Below are positions 28,060 through 37,816 of a stretch of DNA of 64,000 bases, one piece after another; the stretch's first letter is position 1, and each line of letters begins with the position of its first letter. The stretch is taken from NCBI GenBank assembly GCA_947313825.1, contig CAMZNJ010000055.1, positions 480 to 64,479 of the forward strand. Reading direction: 5' to 3'. The notes under the pieces were generated by a model. It had not been told where the DNA came from. It ran no database searches and saw nothing but the letters and a program-made list of their open reading frames with translations. A program made the position numbers and the translations under genes. The stretch comes from an uncultured Deferribacteraceae bacterium (GTDB lineage: Bacteria; Chrysiogenota; Deferribacteres; CAMZNJ01).

Positions 28060-29709
28060 CTACTCCCCTGCGTCAAACACTGGCACAGGCTTGGAGATTA
28101 CATAGAATATTACTAGTGTGGTAGATACCCCCGCAACAAGGGCAACCATCAGAGGAACACCACTCCCAGCCAAACCATAACCAACAATTGTACCAAACCC
28201 TGCCAACAATGCGTACGGAATCTGTGTTTTTACGTGCACAATAACGTCGCAGTTGGAGAAAATGCTGGACATGATAGTTGTATCGGATATGGGGGAGGAG
28301 TGATCCCCAAGTATTGCACCAGCAAAAAGAGCACCAAAGATGAGCGTAACCATGGCAATATCAACAACACCCGCAACCGTTGCCAACGGAATAGCAAGGT
28401 TTGCAACGATGGGCATCAGGATAGCAATGGAGCCGAACGATGTGCCTGTGGAGATGGATATTATTGCTGCCAATATAAATGCTATGATGGGCAGTAGAGC
28501 TATGGGGAGGGAGTCGCCCAAGGTGCTAACAAGGTATTGGGAAAGCTGTAGCTCCGAAATTGCACCACCCAACGTCCATGCAAATATCAGAATAAACACA
28601 CCGATGGACACAGACTTGACCCCCGATGAATACACCACTGCAATACTCTTTGGTGAGCCCAAGCGTTGGGATAGGTAGAATACGACGGTGGAAACACTCG
28701 CAACAAAAGCACCAACAACCATTGCCTTAGACACATCAGCATTCAAAAACGCCTCAAAGGCACCAACAGCACCATAACCACCACTGTAAAACATGTAAGC
28801 GATGGTTGTTGTCATGAATATGCCTAGGGGGATGAAGAAATTTATACCGCGACGGGCACCATCCAAAAGAACGATATTCGTACTCTCGCCATGGCTTTTG
28901 TTCGCCGATTGAGGGTGCAAAACACCTGTCGTCCTAGCCTCTAGCTCAATCTTGTGCATCAAACCCATATCACGACTGGTCGCTAATGCAAAAAACATTA
29001 ACGCAAACGTTACAAATGCGTAAAATATTGCGGGGATGGACATGAGGTACAGCTGAAACGGCTCCACACCGAGGGAATACCCCTCAACTGCACCACTTAT
29101 TTGCCCGATGTAAAAAACTGTCCACGTTGTAAGAACAGCCACCGTTGCCATAGGTGCCGCCGTGGCATCAACGATGTACGCCAACTTCGCCTTGGATACA
29201 CGCAACTTGCCCGTAATGGACGACATTGCCGACCCGATGGCGATGGTGTTGATGTAGTCATCAAAAAATAGCATCAAGCCGTAAAGAGCCGTCAACACAG
29301 AGGACGACCGCGATGTGTGGGCATACTTTAGGGGCATGGAGAACGCACGCTCAATCGAACCGCTGGACGTTATCAAGCCGATAAAACCACCCAAAAGAAG
29401 CACGGAAATAATCAGCCCAAGGTTCCACGGATCACTCACCGAGCTCCAAAACAGGGAGAAAAACATAACAACAACCTGCTTCGTTGCTTCAATAAATTGA
29501 CTAACCATACCCAAGGAGTGGATCTCAGGTTTTCGAAAAACGATTATTATTATTGCCGAAACAATACCAATATTAAGAGCGATTATCATGCGTCTAAAAA
29601 TAACAGCCATCATAATCGTTAAAACCGTCGGAATTAGGGTTATCCACCCGTACCCAAAACCACCAATAGCCACTTCATTCATGGAAGTCTCCCTACTCGC
29701 CCACAACAT
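28060..29709 (-). CDS. NhaC-family transporter (possibly an amino-acid transporter)
   Basis: FFDDYIN, AYIVDATAAP, TGTSFG, GDHSSPISDTTIMSS, HVKTQIPYA. Confidence 0.9.
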   Translation of the reverse strand: MLWASRETSMNEVAIGGFGYGWITLIPTVLTIMMAVIFRRMIIALNIGIVSAIIIIVFRKPEIHSLGMVSQFIEATKQVVVMFFSLFWSSVSDPWNLGLIISVLLLGGFIGLITSSGSIERAFSMPLKYAHTSRSSSVLTALYGLMLFFDDYINTIAIGSAMSSITGKLRVSKAKLAYIVDATAAPMATVAVLTTWTVFYIGQISGAVEGYSLGVEPFQLYLMSIPAIFYAFVTFALMFFALATSRDMGLMHKIELEARTTGVLHPQSANKSHGESTNIVLLDGARRGINFFIPLGIFMTTTIAYMFYSGGYGAVGAFEAFLNADVSKAMVVGAFVASVSTVVFYLSQRLGSPKSIAVVYSSGVKSVSIGVFILIFAWTLGGAISELQLSQYLVSTLGDSLPIALLPIIAFILAAIISISTGTSFGSIAILMPIVANLAIPLATVAGVVDIAMVTLIFGALFAGAILGDHSSPISDTTIMSSIFSNCDVIVHVKTQIPYALLAGFGTIVGYGLAGSGVPLMVALVAGVSTTLVIFYVISKPVPVFDAGE

Positions 29710-29783
29710 AACCTGAGCGAATTTTGTTATATTTTTACGCTGGCAACCGATTGCTGCACCGGTAGTAAGTTATAAGACCTACT

Positions 29784-29812
29784 ATTTTACCACAACCGGC
29801 TAGCTAAGTCAA
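29784..29812 (-). promoter_or_regulatory. sigma70-type promoter of the NhaC-family gene
   Basis: TTGACT-17-TAAAAT with extended TG. Confidence 0.6.
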
Positions 29813-30035
29813 TAACTAAATGTCAAGGGTAAAAACTTGTAGCTTACTTGCCAAATATGAACTAGAATACTGTACAATTGTTCATAGTTTTTGTAAAATA
29901 AACAGCTAATTGCAGACTTACAACAACTACCAACAACTTACAACGTCCTCGCAACGGACTACTGCAGTACTAACATACGAAATACGGAAATACGGAAATA
30001 CTATTGCCATGTTTTAATAAAGGAGTACAGGCACT

Positions 30036-31013
30036 ATGATTTTCATGGGCACACCCGAAACAGCAGCATACACCCTAGAATTACTAGTCAAATCTGGATT
30101 CAACATACGCCTAGTGGTTACAGCACCAGACAAACCCGCAGGACGTGGACACAAAACAACACCACCACCAACCAAAACCATGGCAACAAATCTAGGTATC
30201 AAAGTTGTACAACCGAAATCCGTACAAGACGACAGCTTCATCCAACTGCTTGAAAGCTACAAACCTACTTTCATCATTGTTATTGCGTACGGGAAAATAC
30301 TCCCCCAAAAAGTGCTCGATGTTCCCACAAAAGCTTGCATCAACGTGCACTACTCCCTACTCCCAAAACACCGCGGGGCATCACCCGTCCATAGTTCCAT
30401 CCTGTGCGGAGACAAACAAACTGGCGTAACAACAATGCTCATGAGCCTAGGGATGGACGAAGGCGACATACTCCAACAACGAGCTATGGACGTCGGAAAC
30501 CACACCACGGCAACCCTACTGGAAGAACTCACACTCTTAGGTGGTCGTGTCATTGTCGAAACCATGAAAAATTTTGACGCAATACTCCCAAAACCACAAG
30601 ACAATACGCAAGCAACTTACACATCAATAATACAAAAAACTGACGGCAAAATCCACTGGGAAATGGACGCTCACACCATCGAAAGAATGGTCAGAGGATA
30701 CGCACCTTGGCCTTCAGCCTACACAACTCTTGACTCCAAAATATTCAAAATCACAACAGCAAACGTAATCAACAACAAACAACTACTCGAAGCAGGAATC
30801 AATACCGAAACACTGCCACAAACCCAACCATGTGGCACCATCCTACACGCTTCTGCCAAAGCAGGACTCATCATTCTATGCGGAAACAACACCATGCTAC
30901 AGGTGCACAACGCTCAACTCGAAGGGAAAAGAAACATGCCCGTGAAGGACATTCTCAACGGAAAAACAGACCTTGCACAACAAATACTAGGGGGGAACAA
31001 TGACGCAACCTAA
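30036..31013 (+). CDS. fmt: Methionyl-tRNA formyltransferase
   Basis: FMGTPE, PDKPAGRG, NVHYSLLPKHRGASP, MDEGD, PWP. Confidence 0.96.
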   Translation: MIFMGTPETAAYTLELLVKSGFNIRLVVTAPDKPAGRGHKTTPPPTKTMATNLGIKVVQPKSVQDDSFIQLLESYKPTFIIVIAYGKILPQKVLDVPTKACINVHYSLLPKHRGASPVHSSILCGDKQTGVTTMLMSLGMDEGDILQQRAMDVGNHTTATLLEELTLLGGRVIVETMKNFDAILPKPQDNTQATYTSIIQKTDGKIHWEMDAHTIERMVRGYAPWPSAYTTLDSKIFKITTANVINNKQLLEAGINTETLPQTQPCGTILHASAKAGLIILCGNNTMLQVHNAQLEGKRNMPVKDILNGKTDLAQQILGGNNDAT

Positions 31014-31668
31014 CAACAAACACACCATCGTTGCACCATCGTTGCTAAGTGCAGACTTTGCACAAGCAGGGCAACAGGTCAAAGACCTACAAAACGCCGG
31101 TGCAACACACCTACATCTGGACGTTATGGACGGATCATTCGTGCCCGACATAACTTTCGGACACAAACTCATCGCAGATATTGCCAAAAACACAACCCTA
31201 ACACTCGACACACACCTAATGGTGGACAACCCCTACCATATGCTGGAAAATTTCGCACTAGCAGGATCGGACATCATCACTGTGCACGCCGAAGCAAGGG
31301 GAATAACACACCTACATCGCACAATAATGAAAATCAGGGAACTAGGGAAAAAAGCAGGCATCGCTCTCAACCCCGCAACACACGAATCAACCATCGAATA
31401 CCTAATGCCACACCTAGACCTAATACTCATCATGACGGTAAACCCTGGGTACGGTGGACAAAAATTCATACCCGAAATGATGGACAAAGTGAGGAATGTG
31501 AGCAACATGATAGGCTCGCGAAACATACTCCTAGAGGTGGACGGCGGCGTCAATGCAAACAACGCAACCGACCTGCGTAACGCTGGGGCAAACATGCTCG
31601 TTGCTGGCAATTACGTGTTCAGTGGCGACTACCGACAGCGGATTGCGTCCCTCATGGGAGAAGCGTAA
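31000..31668 (+). CDS. rpe: Ribulose-phosphate 3-epimerase
   Basis: APSLLSADF, HLDVMDG, MTVNPGYGGQ, EVDGG. Confidence 0.96.
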   Translation: MTQPNNKHTIVAPSLLSADFAQAGQQVKDLQNAGATHLHLDVMDGSFVPDITFGHKLIADIAKNTTLTLDTHLMVDNPYHMLENFALAGSDIITVHAEARGITHLHRTIMKIRELGKKAGIALNPATHESTIEYLMPHLDLILIMTVNPGYGGQKFIPEMMDKVRNVSNMIGSRNILLEVDGGVNANNATDLRNAGANMLVAGNYVFSGDYRQRIASLMGEA

Positions 31669-31680
31669 CACGCAACACAC

Positions 31681-31832
31681 GGTCGGCGGTCGGCGGTCGT
31701 GGTCGGCAGTCGTGGTCGGCGGTCGTGGTCGGCGGTCGTGGTTGGCGGTCGGCGGTCGTGGTCGGCGGTCGTGGTCGGCGGTCGTGGTCGGCGGTCGTGG
31801 TCGGCAGTCGGCGGTCGTGGTCGGCGGTCGGC
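31681..31832. repeat. GGTCGGC/GGTCGT array between convergent rpe and gmhB, flanked by an AACACACGG direct repeat
   Basis: Direct reading; AACACACGG at 31674 and 31839. Confidence 0.95.
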
Positions 31833-31866
31833 AACAAGAACACACGGAACACACGCAACCCGCGAG

Positions 31867-32466
31867 CTATCGTATGTGTAGCACCCCGTCGTTCACACCT
31901 GCAAGTAGCTGTCTCATGGTGGCAAAGTGGTGGGTAGCCTCGTCGCACCCGTCAACGCCAATTTTCACACGCGTGCCAACGCCAGCAGTAAGCCCAGCCT
32001 CAATGTCCCTATTTGAGTCGCCAACAATCACCGACTTTGCCACTGAGATACCTAGCTGTGCGGCACTCTCCAGTATCATACCAGGATTAGGCTTGCGACA
32101 TGGTTGCGTTGCGTCTAGATAGGGGCAGTGGTATACGTTTTCCTGAGGTATGTGTATTCCGTTTCGCTCGAATATACCAAGCATATGTTTTGTTATGTTT
32201 TGGAAGTCTTCTTCTGAGAAGTACCCCCTTTCGATGCCCGACTGATTTGTTACGATTACGATGGTGTAGTTTTTGTCCAGAAATCTTTTACATATGGGGA
32301 ATATTTCGGGGTAGCAGAAGAAGTCTTCTATTCGGTGGACGTAACCGTGATCCACGTTGATTATGCCGTCTCTGTCGAGGAACAGCCCTTTTTTGCCCAC
32401 AGCTGTTCCTATGGCGTTAGTGGCGTCTTTGCGTTTGCTCCACCTGTCTTTATATTTTTGTATCAA
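31867..32466 (-). CDS. gmhB: D,D-heptose 1,7-bisphosphate phosphatase (HAD IIIA)
   Basis: FLDRDGIIN, VTNQSGI, CRKPNPGM, GDSNRD. Confidence 0.88.
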   Translation of the reverse strand: MIQKYKDRWSKRKDATNAIGTAVGKKGLFLDRDGIINVDHGYVHRIEDFFCYPEIFPICKRFLDKNYTIVIVTNQSGIERGYFSEEDFQNITKHMLGIFERNGIHIPQENVYHCPYLDATQPCRKPNPGMILESAAQLGISVAKSVIVGDSNRDIEAGLTAGVGTRVKIGVDGCDEATHHFATMRQLLAGVNDGVLHIR

Positions 32467-33124
32467 GTTTGCGTCCTGTAATTGCGTAGTAGGTTAGGTC
32501 GGCCATGTTGACACAGTGGTCGGCGATGCGTTCTAGTCGTGAGGAGGAGCTAATCATGAAGAAGGCGAAGTCTTGGTAGTCGGTCAGTGTTTTTTTGACC
32601 CCTTCAGCTGTGAGGCTAGTGAATGCGTCTTGTATGAGCATTTTTCGCAGATTGTCCATTTCGTCGTCCATTGTTATGACCTGTTGTGCGAGTTTTGGTG
32701 TCCAATCCACGAACGATTCGATTACGAGCTCCAGCATATTGACTGATGTTTCGCTCATTTTGATGATGGCATTTTTCTGTATGCTGCTGAATGGTACTTC
32801 CACGTCCATCATTCTTTGGTAGAATTTGCGACAGTGCTCACCGATACGAATCAGGTCGAGTGTCATCTGCATCATTGCGATAATCGCCCTTAGGTCTGAG
32901 GCTTTCGGCTCAAATTTTGCGATGATGAAGATGGCGTCTGTTGTGAGGTGGTCTCCTATTGCCGATACGTTGCTGGACATTTTGCGTATTTCGCGGTAAC
33001 GCTTGTACTTGTTTGTTTCCATGTCATTGGAGATAATTTGTAGCATTTGCGTGCTTACTGTTACCATCTCTTTTAGGTCGTGTTCTAGTATAGTTAAATT
33101 TTCCCTTAGCAATTTATAAACCAT
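32450..33124 (-). CDS. phoU: Phosphate signalling protein PhoU
   Basis: PKASDLR, DLIRIGEH, DDEMD, LERIADH; follows pstB. Confidence 0.9.
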   Translation of the reverse strand: MVYKLLRENLTILEHDLKEMVTVSTQMLQIISNDMETNKYKRYREIRKMSSNVSAIGDHLTTDAIFIIAKFEPKASDLRAIIAMMQMTLDLIRIGEHCRKFYQRMMDVEVPFSSIQKNAIIKMSETSVNMLELVIESFVDWTPKLAQQVITMDDEMDNLRKMLIQDAFTSLTAEGVKKTLTDYQDFAFFMISSSSRLERIADHCVNMADLTYYAITGRKLDTKI

Positions 33125-33174
33125 TACCCCTTCCTTTGAGCAAGCTACATTTGTGTTACGCCATTTTGCTTGCT

Positions 33175-33203
33175 GCGTTTGTGGCGTTTGTGGCGTTTGT
33201 GGC
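33175..33203. repeat. GCGTTTGTG x3 abutting the pstB stop
   Basis: Direct reading. Confidence 0.85.
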
Positions 33204-33204
33204 T

Positions 33205-33987
33205 TTACCCGAACATGCCACGAACGTATCTTTCGGTCATTTCTTCTTGTGGTTGTGTGAATAGTTTGTCGGTGCCACCGTATTCGATGAGTTCCCCTAG
33301 GTACATGAACGCCGTGTAGTCTGAGAGTCTTGCTGCTTGGTGCATGTTGTGGGTAACCATCACGATACTTACCTTTTCTTTGAGTTCTACGACGAGTTCT
33401 TCGATTTTGTTTGTTGCGATGGGATCCAGTGCTGATGTTGGTTCGTCGAGGAGTAGTATTTCGGGTTCGACGGCTAGTGCACGAGCGATAACGAGTCGTT
33501 GTTGTTGTCCACCTGAGAGTCCCATGGCACTGTGTTTGAGTCGTTCTTCCACTTCGTTCCAGAGTGCGGCGTCTTTGAGTGCTTTTTCCACTCGGTCAGC
33601 TATTTCTCTTCTGTTTCGTAATCCGCCGAGTCTGAGTCCGTAAGCGATGTTGTCGAATATGCTCATGGGGAATGGTGTTGGTCGTTGGAAAACCATCCCT
33701 AATCGGCTACGTAACTTGATGAGGTCTTCCTCTTTGAGTAGGTTTTCGCCGTTGTGAATAATCTCCCCTTCGTACCTGTTACCGGGGTAGAGGTCGTGCA
33801 TGCGGTTGAAGGTTCGTAAGAATGTGGTTTTCCCGCACCCTGAGGGTCCGATTAGTGCTGTTACGCGACCTTCGTATATATCCATTGTAACATTTTTTAA
33901 TACTTGTGTGTTGCCGTAAAAGAAGTTCAGCCCCCGAACGGAAAGGATAGTAGTCTCTTCGGCACTCCTCACTCTACCTATTGCCAT
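33205..33987 (-). CDS. pstB: Phosphate ABC transporter ATPase
   Basis: [45 protein letters not shown]. Confidence 0.96.
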   Translation of the reverse strand: MAIGRVRSAEETTILSVRGLNFFYGNTQVLKNVTMDIYEGRVTALIGPSGCGKTTFLRTFNRMHDLYPGNRYEGEIIHNGENLLKEEDLIKLRSRLGMVFQRPTPFPMSIFDNIAYGLRLGGLRNRREIADRVEKALKDAALWNEVEERLKHSAMGLSGGQQQRLVIARALAVEPEILLLDEPTSALDPIATNKIEELVVELKEKVSIVMVTHNMHQAARLSDYTAFMYLGELIEYGGTDKLFTQPQEEMTERYVRGMFG

Positions 33988-34852
33988 CGTTACCATACCT
34001 CCAAGATACCAAGAGCCTGCTGACAATATTAATAAAAAGCACGAATGCCGTAATAATAAATGCCCCTGCCCATGCTAAGGATTGCCAATTTTCATAAGGC
34101 GAGCCTGCATAGTTAAATATTGTAACTGTGAGGGACGCCATGGGTTCTGTTAAGTCTGTTGTAAAATAGTTGTTGTTGAATGATGTGAAGAGTAGTGGTG
34201 CTGTTTCCCCTGCAACTCTGCCTATGGCCAAAATTACACCGGTGATGATTCCGCTAGCTGCTGAGCGGTAAACAATGGAGAAGATTACCTTGTAGTAAGG
34301 GGCACCAAGGGCAAAACCTGCCTCACGAAGCTCCTTGGGTACAAGGTTCATCATGTCTTCGGTAATACGCAAAACAACGGGGAACATGATAATTGCCAAC
34401 GCGAGGGAGCCTGCAAGGGCACTGTAGGTGCCGAAAGGAACAACAGCAATGGCGTAAACAAATGTGCCGATAACGATGGAGGGGATACTCAGCATCATGT
34501 CTGAAAAAATTGTTATGAAGGTTTTAATGCGTGAATTTTTGCCGTACTCAGCCAGAAATGTGCCCGCAAGGATACCCAACGGAATACCGAGAAGAATCGC
34601 CAACGCCGTAATGATTAGGTGCCCAACAATGGCAAAACGCAAACCACCAAGCTCAGGCATAAATGGAGGAACCTGATCTTGAGTGAATATCATGGGGCTA
34701 AGTGCGGCGATACCATTGATAAACACATCAACGGTAATAAATGCCAAAAATGCAATACCGATAATGGCAAAAACACTAAAGACAAACATCCATAATGCAC
34801 TTTTCAACTTGCGATAAGAGTATGTATTCACTGCTTCAACCCTCCCTGCCAC
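33974..34852 (-). CDS. pstA: Phosphate ABC transporter permease
   Basis: [22 protein letters not shown]. Confidence 0.94.
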   Translation of the reverse strand: MAGRVEAVNTYSYRKLKSALWMFVFSVFAIIGIAFLAFITVDVFINGIAALSPMIFTQDQVPPFMPELGGLRFAIVGHLIITALAILLGIPLGILAGTFLAEYGKNSRIKTFITIFSDMMLSIPSIVIGTFVYAIAVVPFGTYSALAGSLALAIIMFPVVLRITEDMMNLVPKELREAGFALGAPYYKVIFSIVYRSAASGIITGVILAIGRVAGETAPLLFTSFNNNYFTTDLTEPMASLTVTIFNYAGSPYENWQSLAWAGAFIITAFVLFINIVSRLLVSWRYGNDGNR

Positions 34853-34890
34853 AAACTAATGTGGGAAAATAACACCAAATATAATCAATA

Positions 34891-35838
34891 TTATGAAAAC
34901 CTATTGGCACGTTTGTGAATGTAGTACTTAAACAGAGCCAAAATTATGAAATTGGCCATGAAAAGAATGGTCGCAAGGAAAAATAAGGACGATCGGTGCA
35001 AGCCATCACTTTCGTTAAACTCGTTGGCCAAAACAGAAGTAATGGTGGAGTACGGCGAATACAATGTTTGCAAAGCCGCGTAGCTATTGCCGATGATAAA
35101 CGCGACGGCCATGGTTTCACCCAAGGCACGACCTAACGCAACAATTATGCTACCCATGATACTTATGCTACTGTAAGGGATCATAACATCACGAACAACC
35201 TCCCACCTTGTGGCACCTAGCCCGTAAGCCGATTCTTTGATGACGCGGGGAACACGGGCAAACGTTTCAACAGCAACCATGGTAATAAAAGGCAAAACCA
35301 TAATCGCAAGGATAATCCCTGCCGTCAGGATATTAACACCACTAGTGTTGACACAGGGGTCGGCACCACCGCAATCTACAGAGAAAAAATGACCAACAAA
35401 TGGCAACCAAGAAAGTGTGAAATCTAGGAATGGCTCAATAAACTTGTTGGAAAAACTGGAAAAAGTGAACAAAGCCCACATACCGTAGATAATGGAGGGG
35501 ATGGCCGCCAAAAGCTCTATGGTTGTGGTGATAGGACGCTTTAACGCTTTGGGGCATACTTCAACAATGAAAATCGCAATACCGATACCGAAGGGAACGG
35601 CGATGACTATGGCGATGATGGTGGTGATGAGGGTTCCCATGAGGGGGCGAAATGCACCGTAAATACCCTGAGACGGTGCCCACACTGTACCAAAAATAAA
35701 GTCGATGAAGCCTATTCCACCAATGGCCTCTCTGGAGTAATACAGCAGGGTAAAGAATATGGAAAAAATAAGCACAAGGCTCAGCAAAGCACTAACGAAA
35801 CTGATGGACTTAAAAGCACGATCAAATGTTTTAACCAC
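34891..35838 (-). CDS. pstC: Phosphate ABC transporter permease
   Basis: ELLAAIPSIIYGMW, ESAYGLGATRWE, GRALGETMAV; likely GTG start at 35838. Confidence 0.94.
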   Translation of the reverse strand: MVKTFDRAFKSISFVSALLSLVLIFSIFFTLLYYSREAIGGIGFIDFIFGTVWAPSQGIYGAFRPLMGTLITTIIAIVIAVPFGIGIAIFIVEVCPKALKRPITTTIELLAAIPSIIYGMWALFTFSSFSNKFIEPFLDFTLSWLPFVGHFFSVDCGGADPCVNTSGVNILTAGIILAIMVLPFITMVAVETFARVPRVIKESAYGLGATRWEVVRDVMIPYSSISIMGSIIVALGRALGETMAVAFIIGNSYAALQTLYSPYSTITSVLANEFNESDGLHRSSLFFLATILFMANFIILALFKYYIHKRANRFS

Positions 35839-36012
35839 AAAGATTCCCTCTACGAATGAGTAACTCAATAATCTCGAAACGCTCACTCTGACATCTAATA
35901 CCTAATATCAATATCGCTCAATATTAGTTGCCCGCATGGCAAACACTCAACGAAGACAAGCAATAACGATGCCATCACAAAAACTAATCGCCGTTAGTCT
36001 AAAGGTTTAATT

Positions 36013-37761
36013 TCAGTTTGTAAACACCTTTTTTAAAACGAACCCCCTTACCCAAAGAAACACACCTAAAAATAAGGGGAAAGCTAGCCACCAGTAGCGT
36101 ATTTTGGCAAACAGGGGTATCGCCTCACTAGTCTGAAAATTCTGCTGTATAAATGCTACACCATCCGTTTCACTACCCTCGTAAGCCCCACTAGGACGGA
36201 TTACTGTGGTGATACCCGTTTGACCTGAACGCAAAATATATTTACGCGACTCAACAGCGCGCATAACATGCATGGCAAGGTGTTGCTCCTTGGCACGATC
36301 AGACTTGAACCAGTCGTCGTTACCCATAATGGCGACCACATTGAAGCTGTCCGGCTGATAGCGAGTAATAGCACTGCTAAACGACGCCTCCATGCATAAA
36401 AGTGGTAAGATGCGGAACTTATTTGCGATGTTAATTGCACCTATCTGCTCCCCTGACGAATACCCCTCCCCCGAATCAAACCCGTAAAACAGGCTGTAAA
36501 CAGGCTTTAACAACGAGTACAACGGGAGGTATTCCCCCAGCAGAACAAGCCTATTTTTGTCGTACAAGGTGTATTTCTCGTAAACACTGCGATGGGCATA
36601 AACCGACGTAAAGCTTTTCGTCGCAACCCTTCTTGTGAAGTAAGATTTCTCTGTGGCGTTGGAGGACAGATCGGTAACAGAGCCGTTGGCAGGACGGTTG
36701 TAGATTACGCCAAGGAGCACAGGCGTTGTGGGGAAATAGGTGTTCAGGAGCACCTCAATCTCCTCTACTCCGTTCATGTTTTGGGGGTACACCGATTCCG
36801 GGAAAACAACAATGTCGGGGTTCGTTTGAGTTGCGATGCGAGCCGCCTCACGAATAACATCACCAACGTACGACATCACTTCCACATGACGTCGAACGCT
36901 CCACTTGTATCGCTGATCCAGACCGGTTTGCACTAGTAGAACGGAGTATTCGTCAGCACCACCAGCAACACCAACATTATCAGCAACACCAACACCAGCC
37001 CACGAATACCCGTCGTAATAGCTTGGCAGATCCGTATGCAACTGTGAAGCACCACTCACACCGACAGAACCATACTCATACGGAGCATAATAAAGGTTAG
37101 GCAAGAGCAACCCCGCAAGCCCCAAGGCAACATAGACAAGGTTGCGACGCGAATACACGATGGCACGATAAACCCCAAGGCTGACCGTTATCACCAGAAC
37201 CGAAAGCCCTATCTCCCCGTAAAAGGATGCACCCTGAATAAGTGCCAACTCACCATGGAGCATGACACCAACGTTGCCGAACGGGTAACCGGTTAGGAGA
37301 ACCCCCTTGAGGAGCTCCACGCCGCCGACAAAACTACCCACCAGTAAGGGGGATTTAACGCGAGAATAAAACAAGGCTATTAATGCGTAATAAAATGCTA
37401 AACCGAAAAGTACAACATACACCACAAGACCAACCATGGCGGGTAATCCGTATTGGTAAGCAGTGTTGTAGAGCCACATGGAGTTGACAAAAAAGTAGGC
37501 AAACCCAAAAATGTACCCCTTGGTGAAGGTGGAGAGGGATCGAACATTGTCCCATGCCCAAAACATGGGGATGAACGCCACAAAGGCGAAGTACGGTGTT
37601 GGCGAAATACCGGGGGTGCCTAACCCAGCGAATACCCCCGCCAAGACGAGAGCCACGACACCTACTCGTTTGCTTGTTATGTCCACGAGGAGGGTATTTC
37701 TACCACTATTCACGCCATCGCGGGCACCACGGGTGCGGGCACGCCTATTCATATCAGCCAT
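36013..37761 (-). CDS. lnt: Apolipoprotein N-acyltransferase
   Basis: N-terminal TMs; nitrilase triad FPES / YDKNRLVLLGE / LLCME; RAVES. Confidence 0.88.
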   Translation of the reverse strand: MADMNRRARTRGARDGVNSGRNTLLVDITSKRVGVVALVLAGVFAGLGTPGISPTPYFAFVAFIPMFWAWDNVRSLSTFTKGYIFGFAYFFVNSMWLYNTAYQYGLPAMVGLVVYVVLFGLAFYYALIALFYSRVKSPLLVGSFVGGVELLKGVLLTGYPFGNVGVMLHGELALIQGASFYGEIGLSVLVITVSLGVYRAIVYSRRNLVYVALGLAGLLLPNLYYAPYEYGSVGVSGASQLHTDLPSYYDGYSWAGVGVADNVGVAGGADEYSVLLVQTGLDQRYKWSVRRHVEVMSYVGDVIREAARIATQTNPDIVVFPESVYPQNMNGVEEIEVLLNTYFPTTPVLLGVIYNRPANGSVTDLSSNATEKSYFTRRVATKSFTSVYAHRSVYEKYTLYDKNRLVLLGEYLPLYSLLKPVYSLFYGFDSGEGYSSGEQIGAINIANKFRILPLLCMEASFSSAITRYQPDSFNVVAIMGNDDWFKSDRAKEQHLAMHVMRAVESRKYILRSGQTGITTVIRPSGAYEGSETDGVAFIQQNFQTSEAIPLFAKIRYWWLAFPLFLGVFLWVRGFVLKKVFTN

Positions 37762-37816
37762 TCGAAGACACTCCTAGTACAAACACAACGGGGCTCAAGC
37801 ATTGTTATTCGTATGT

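Noticed and set aside
29710..29790. Lysine or other riboswitch upstream of the NhaC-family transporter
   Set aside because: The predicted leader is only about 70-100 nt and shows no recognisable aptamer motifs.
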